Shown here: one piece after another, positions 9,912 to 14,767 of the stretch | How positions within the stretch are numbered: the stretch's first letter is position 1 | Layout of the letters: each line of letters opens with the position of its first letter | Source: Octopus sinensis | Lineage: Eukaryota | Assembly (NCBI RefSeq): GCF_006345805.1 | Contig: NW_021825700.1 | Coordinates: 1-14,767, forward strand | Length of the DNA: 14,767 nt | Direction of reading: 5' to 3' | Notes under the pieces: model-generated | What the model was told of the DNA's origin: nothing | Database searches by the model: none | Seen by the model: the letters and a program-made list of their open reading frames with translations, nothing else | Position numbers and translations under genes: made by a program

Positions 9912-10304
9912 CTAGCAGTACCGCCCGGCGTTGCTCGGGTTTGTTTCAACCCATTAAAATTGGAATATTTTTAAAGGTAAAACTTTTGCATTATGTAGCG
10001 CAAGTTGACCATAATTGAGAGTATGATAGAAGAAGGCTTGCTCTTCATTTCGTAAAAGATAAAATTCAAATTGGACCATGTTAACACCAAAAATTATTTA
10101 CATCAAAAAGGTGCTTTTTTCCTATGGAAATCACGTATTTTTTACGATCTTTTGACTGCTGTGTCACCATTTTTCGGTGTATTTCAACCAGAAAAATGTT
10201 CACTTAAAGAGAATAACAAGCTACGTAATGCAAAATTTTTAATTTTCAAAAATTCCAATTCTAAAGGGTCGAAACAAACCCGAGCAACGCCGGGCGATAC
10301 TGCT
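9912..10304. mobile_element. Unit with ~86-bp imperfect inverted ends, each resembling a Helitron 3' terminus
   Basis: 9914-9999 and 10220-10304 are inverted copies (about 85% by eye). Each reads CCCGAGCAACGCCGGG (hairpin), then 8 nt, then CT(AG). The left end reads CTAG|T on the minus strand (9915-9911); the right end lacks the final AG. No TSD. Confidence 0.7.
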
Positions 10305-10873
10305 CTCTCTTCTCTCTCTTTGTTGCGTTTGTCCCTCCTCTCCTCTCTCTCTTTCTGCTTCTCTTTCTTTTCTTTTTCCTCTTCCTCTGTCACGTGACTG
10401 TTTGCCGAAATCTGCCTTTCAGCTCCTGACCCTCGTCGTGTTAACATCGTTGTTTTTCGTCCGCCGCTATAAAGGCTTCTTCCAATGCGCCAGAGAAAAA
10501 ATTTGTTTGCCTTTTCAGTCGTAAGACACTTGTTGTTTTCACCACTTAATGCTTCTGTATTCATGTTTTGTATTCCATTATTGTTTTTTTGTTTTTTTTA
10601 TATCTGTCCCTTTTGCTGTCCTGGTGTTCGTATGCATTCGATCCTTCTTCCAGAAATCTACGCTTCCAGCTTAGTTTTTCTAATGCTCGTTGCTTAGTTT
10701 TTCTTTGGAGGGCTGGCCGTGATCTAGTAATCTCAAGATTAATCAGCCGAAATTACTACGATGATCCGGTTCTTGACTGAAGACTGAGGGGTTCGAAGTC
10801 CTGTCCATGTTTATTGTATCGTCTTCTAAGAGTTATACGTTCTTGTCCATGTGGTATTTTTCTACATACCTTA

Positions 10874-10980
10874 ATATATATATATATATTATATATATAT
10901 TATATATATATATATATATATAGATATACATATTTAACATAAATACATATATACCAACATGCATAGATATATATGTATGT
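10874..10980. repeat. Imperfect (TA)n microsatellite
   Basis: Read directly from the sequence. Confidence 0.9.
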
Positions 10981-11223
10981 ACTAGCTGACCACCATGGCC
11001 ACCACCACCTCCACCCAATCAATTTACTCGCTGTCAGAAGGTAATTAGCCCGACACCGATAAAGATCTCGTTTCTTAAGTTACATTTCTCGTCTGCTTTT
11101 CAAGGAGTTACATTACACTTCACTCCACTCAACTTGCAGTCCGCTCTCACTCTACCCACACTCCACTCACACTTCGTGTTATTCCCTTTCATGTTCTCTT
11201 ACATCTCTCTTTCTTTCCCTCCC

Positions 11224-11295
11224 TATCTCTCTCTCTCCATTTATCTATCTATCTATTTATCTCTCTCTCTCTATCTATCTATCCATCTATTTATT

Positions 11296-11334
<39 letters not shown>

Positions 11335-11373
11335 TTATCTATCTCTCTCTATCTATCTATCCATCTATTTATT

Positions 11374-11406
<33 letters not shown>

Positions 11407-11490
11407 TTATCTATCTCTCATCTCTCTCTCTATCTATCCATCTATTTATCTCTCACTCTCTCTCTCTCTCTCTATCTATCCATCTATTTA

Positions 11491-11521
<31 letters not shown>

Positions 11522-11606
11522 ATTTATCTATCTCTCATCTCTCTCTATCTATCTATCTATTTAAATATCTCTCTCTCACTCTATCTATCTATTTATCTAT
11601 CTCTCA

Positions 11607-11646
<40 letters not shown>

Positions 11647-11650
11647 TCTA
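11224..11650 (+). repeat. Compound (TC)n/(TATC)n microsatellite
   Basis: Read directly from the sequence; abuts the third LINE fragment. Confidence 0.95.
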
Positions 11651-11957
11651 TGAGGCCTTTCAATAGCATTTTGCCCGACTGTTCGGGACGAGTGGCGGGC
11701 GAGAACGCAGGGTGGACTTCAGTGCCTACCTACACAGCCTGCCACGACTCCATCGATACTTGGAGGCTGTCCTCATCGCGGCTGGTTTCGGTCCCGTCTT
11801 CCTCAGCTGGATAACTGCTTTGTACAGAGGCATCCGTTCGGTAATTCGCGTAAATGGAAATATATCGAGACCTTTCGACATTGCACGTTCAGTCCGTCAG
11901 GGATGTCCCCTCTCGTCGCTTCTCTAGGTATTGACTCTCGAGCCACTACTGCGGAAG
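11651..11957 (+). mobile_element. Diverged, internally deleted RT fragment of the same Tx1-like family
   Basis: 11651-11750 matches 5153-5252 (8 substitutions in 100 nt). 11751-11957 matches 5759-5965 (about 16 substitutions and 2 indels). It translates DFSAYLHSLPRL|HRYLEAVL...RQGCPLSSLL with a premature TAG at 11925-11927. Confidence 0.93.
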
Positions 11958-12099
11958 AAAATAAAAAAACTTTAGCGGTTAGCTGTCTGTCTACTCCTCA
12001 TTTCGAGCATTCAAACCTATTCCACTTGTTTTTGTCTTCTATCTAGCTCTCGTGTGCATGTTAGTTGCACCGTTGGTGACGTCCTGTACCAATATATGC

Positions 12100-12103
<4 letters not shown>

Positions 12104-12139
<36 letters not shown>
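12104..12139. repeat. (TA)n microsatellite
   Basis: Read directly from the sequence. Confidence 0.95.
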
Positions 12140-12142
<3 letters not shown>

Positions 12143-12330
12143 GTAGTTGAATGAATTATCCTAGTATAGATAATTAGGTTAACCGATACCCGGGTAGCAA
12201 ACTCACGTCAGAAAAACACGGTTGAAGCTACATGCCAAGGGCAGAGATCACGTACTTTCGTGTGGAAATTTGTGTGTTTTTTTAATATAAATAAATGAAA
12301 GAATGGAGTTGAACGACGATTTAACAAAAT

Positions 12331-12427
12331 TCCTTTATTCTCGACATATGTTTCGAAGACTGCATATTCCTAATTTCGAAGGAATAAGGGGTGCATTATG
12401 CCGCCTTCTCATCAGGAAAGACAAGGA
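12331..12427 (-). ncRNA. Type I hammerhead ribozyme motif with a minimal palindromic helix III (Penelope-like-element style)
   Basis: The minus strand reads UCCUUGUCUUUC-CUGAUGA-GAAGGCGGCAUA...UAUGCAGUCUUC-GAAA-CAUAUG-UC^GAGAAUAAAGGA. Core CUGAUGA is at 12415-12409, GAAA at 12354-12351 and the GUC triplet at 12345-12343. Helix II is 12 bp with 1 mismatch and closes with G-C. Helix I is 4 bp, a 3x3 loop, then 5 bp. Folded by hand; activity not tested. Confidence 0.8.
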
Positions 12428-12497
12428 GCTTATGTCAGCTCATGATGAACAAAAACTTTTAGATGACTGCCCACCGGAGTCCATAGTGATAATGTAC

Positions 12498-12570
<73 letters not shown>

Positions 12571-12577
12571 TATATAT
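12498..12577. repeat. (TA)n microsatellite
   Basis: Read directly from the sequence. Confidence 0.95.
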
Positions 12578-12715
12578 AAATTATTACATTATATAAAAGG
12601 GCTTAGTAAAATAAATTACTTTGCCGCATACTGAACTCATTAGAAATAGCAGCTAATGAGTTCAGTATGCGGCAAAGTAATTATTTACTAAGCCCTTTTA
12701 TATAATGTAATATTT
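12578..12715. repeat. Near-perfect inverted repeat (arms about 60 bp, 9-nt loop)
   Basis: TTACATTATATAAAAGGGCTTAGTAAAATAAATTACTTTGCCGCATACTGAACTCATTAG (12584-12643), then loop AAATAGCAG (12644-12652), then the reverse complement (12653-12710). The arms differ only by two A-run indels. Confidence 0.95.
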
Positions 12716-12800
12716 GAATTCGCCTTAAATGGTCCCTTTGCATACTGAACACTTGGTGAAATTGATTAATTAATTAATTTTACCCTCAATTGTTGAAATT

Positions 12801-12897
12801 ATATATTATATATATATATATACATACTAATACAATTGTTTGTTTGTTTTCCACCTGCCTTCGTCTTTTGTCTATTTTCATAAAGCTTCCCGTTATA

Positions 12898-12939
<42 letters not shown>

Positions 12940-13369
12940 TATATATAATTATAATTATATATATATATATACATATATAGGTACACAAATATGAGAGAGA
13001 ATCCACTATGTGGACGCTCTTACGCTAAAGAGAGATCCGCATGAGTCTCAACCATTAAGAATTGTTCTCATGAAAAATTTAGCACACTATGAACGTAAGC
13101 GAGCAGGACAAATGAAAAAATAACAAATTATTTATATATATATATATATATAAAGCTACAGTAACACCCCCACCCCTAGTGGTTAGCCATATTAAGATAG
13201 CTAGTATCTTTACGTTTTGAGAGCTTACTGTTTACATCTCGCTCAGAGATTTATTATTGCTTATATATATATAATATATATATAATATATATATATAATA
13301 TATATATATATATATAATATTATAGTAAGTATATATAATATACTTATATATTATGTGTATATCTGTCTG

Positions 13370-13404
<35 letters not shown>

Positions 13405-13415
13405 GCCTGTTGTGA

Positions 13416-13458
<43 letters not shown>

Positions 13459-13462
13459 TATA

Positions 13463-13493
<31 letters not shown>

Positions 13494-13545
13494 GTGGTGT
13501 GTGTGTGTGTATGTGTGTATACATATACACACAGACACACATTCA
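12801..13545. repeat. Cluster of (TA)n, (TATC)n, (TG)n and (CA)n microsatellites separated by short unique stretches
   Basis: Tracts at about 12801-12825, 12895-12978, 13133-13152, 13262-13352, 13355-13400, 13417-13493 and 13494-13545. Confidence 0.85.
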
Positions 13546-13977
13546 TACACAAAAGACAAGGAATTAAAATAAAAAAAGCTCCACCATAAGCAAAAGACAC
13601 ACAGACACACAGACAAACAGAGAAACGCACATGCACCAACCACTAGTCACGCACACATTATACACAACCGGGGAGGGGGTGAGACTGGGGAGGGGGGGCA
13701 TAACCCTTTTTATCTTCCCTAAGGAATAAAGGGCCGTGATTTTCCGAAGATTTCCAGCTTTAACAAGTCTTTTAACTCCGTAATTGCGGGGAGAAAAAAA
13801 AAACAAACAAAAAATTAAAAAAGAAAGAGATGAAATAATCAATGGTGAACGTAGCGCCCCCTATATATCCTCTAAACATCAAGCAATCGTTTGTGCCTTC
13901 TTCTCTGCTGGACACTCTCCTGTATTAGAATCAAACAAGCTATTCACTCACGTGATCTACTTTAAATACACGTGCAA

Positions 13978-13979
<2 letters not shown>

Positions 13980-14018
<39 letters not shown>

Positions 14019-14320
14019 AACAAACAAACACATGACGCACGCACACACACGAGCACGCGCATGCGTGTACACACAATACATATAAATATGTATGCATGCA
14101 TTATGTATATATATATATGTCCGTATTTATATATATGTATATATATGTATATATATATACATATATATATATATATAGATATATATATATATATATATAA
14201 TAGTAACATATATCTTTACATATATATATATATATATACATATATATACATATATAAATACATATATATATATATATATATACTTATATATATATACATA
14301 CATATATATATATATATATC

Positions 14321-14358
<38 letters not shown>
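13980..14358. repeat. (CA)n followed by a long imperfect (TA)n tract
   Basis: (CA)n at 13980-14012 and TA-rich tract at about 14085-14358. Confidence 0.92.
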
Positions 14359-14360
<2 letters not shown>

Positions 14361-14767
14361 CAAATGAAAGACAGAGGATGGAATATACGAGAATGTAATA
14401 TTAATCATGACTATTGTTTCGACACACCTAGCATCGATTCCTTGGGGTTGTATGTATGTATTTATGTGCATGTGCGGACGTGAATGATTTTGTATGTACG
14501 TATATACATAGAGAGGTATATGTGTAAGAGTGTTGGTGATAGGGCACAAATTGACTACCTCATCTTCTTTCGAAAGAAATGGCGGCAATAGTGTTAAAAC
14601 TCGAGATCCTACTATTCCTTTAGTTCTGTCGGCTCTGACCACAGAATTGTATCAGCTTCCGTTAAGCTTAGTCTTCGCTCATCCAAAAAAGCTAAGCCTC
14701 ACCCGATGAAATGATCGACTGGGAGGAAGTCTATCTAACCCCGATATGTCCAAAACCCATTTACTAT

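Noticed and set aside
10184-10564. Minus-strand ORF with an E/K/R-rich segment
   Set aside because: The charged run is translation of a CT-rich low-complexity tract, and the ORF crosses into the Helitron-like end.
10777-10800. Second hammerhead (CTGAAGA...CGAAG...GTC)
   Set aside because: Helix II cannot close (C opposite C), the core reads GAAG rather than GAAA, and helices I and III do not pair.
10981-11000. ACTAGCTGACC as another Helitron terminus
   Set aside because: No GC-rich hairpin at the expected distance.
11745-11756. Internal LINE deletion as a spliced intron
   Set aside because: The deleted segment 5253-5758 is not bounded by GT/GC...AG in any register allowed by the 1-nt ambiguity.
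12154-12175. 7-bp stem AATTATC/GATAATT (also the 14-bp palindrome at 14565-14578)
   Set aside because: Short, AT-rich and without context; expected at this frequency.
12303-12596. 97-aa plus-strand ORF as a gene
   Set aside because: No recognisable domain, ends in a (TA)n tract, and the region is better explained by the antisense hammerhead structure.
12641-12655. Hairpin as a CRESS-DNA virus rolling-circle origin
   Set aside because: The loop AAATAGCAG does not match NANTATTAC, and there is no Rep/HUH ORF in the window.
12786-14642. ORF-track entries in the distal 2 kb
   Set aside because: All are dominated by YI, CV or HT dipeptide runs from TA/TG/CA microsatellites.

Overview
Repeat-dense eukaryotic (metazoan) DNA with no recognisable host gene. 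The mix of (TA)n/(TATC)n/(CA)n tracts and repeat types suggests a mollusc or cephalopod-like genome, but that is inference only. 1-3720 is a 107-bp satellite that flips orientation at 2363/2364. 4657-9225 holds two tandem, 5'-truncated copies of an L1/Tx1-clade non-LTR retrotransposon, each set in (TATC)n; a third, internally deleted fragment lies at 11651-11957. There is also a TA-flanked MITE (9734-9898), a ~390-bp unit with Helitron-like 3' termini at both ends (9912-10304), and a ~138-bp near-perfect hairpin whose loop matches the satellite monomer (12578-12715). The most notable signals are a complete type I hammerhead ribozyme motif of the Penelope-like minimal kind on the minus strand (12331-12427) and apparent (TATC)n targeting by the Tx1-like element. 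Frequent single-base indels suggest a noisy long-read consensus, so frameshifts should be treated cautiously.
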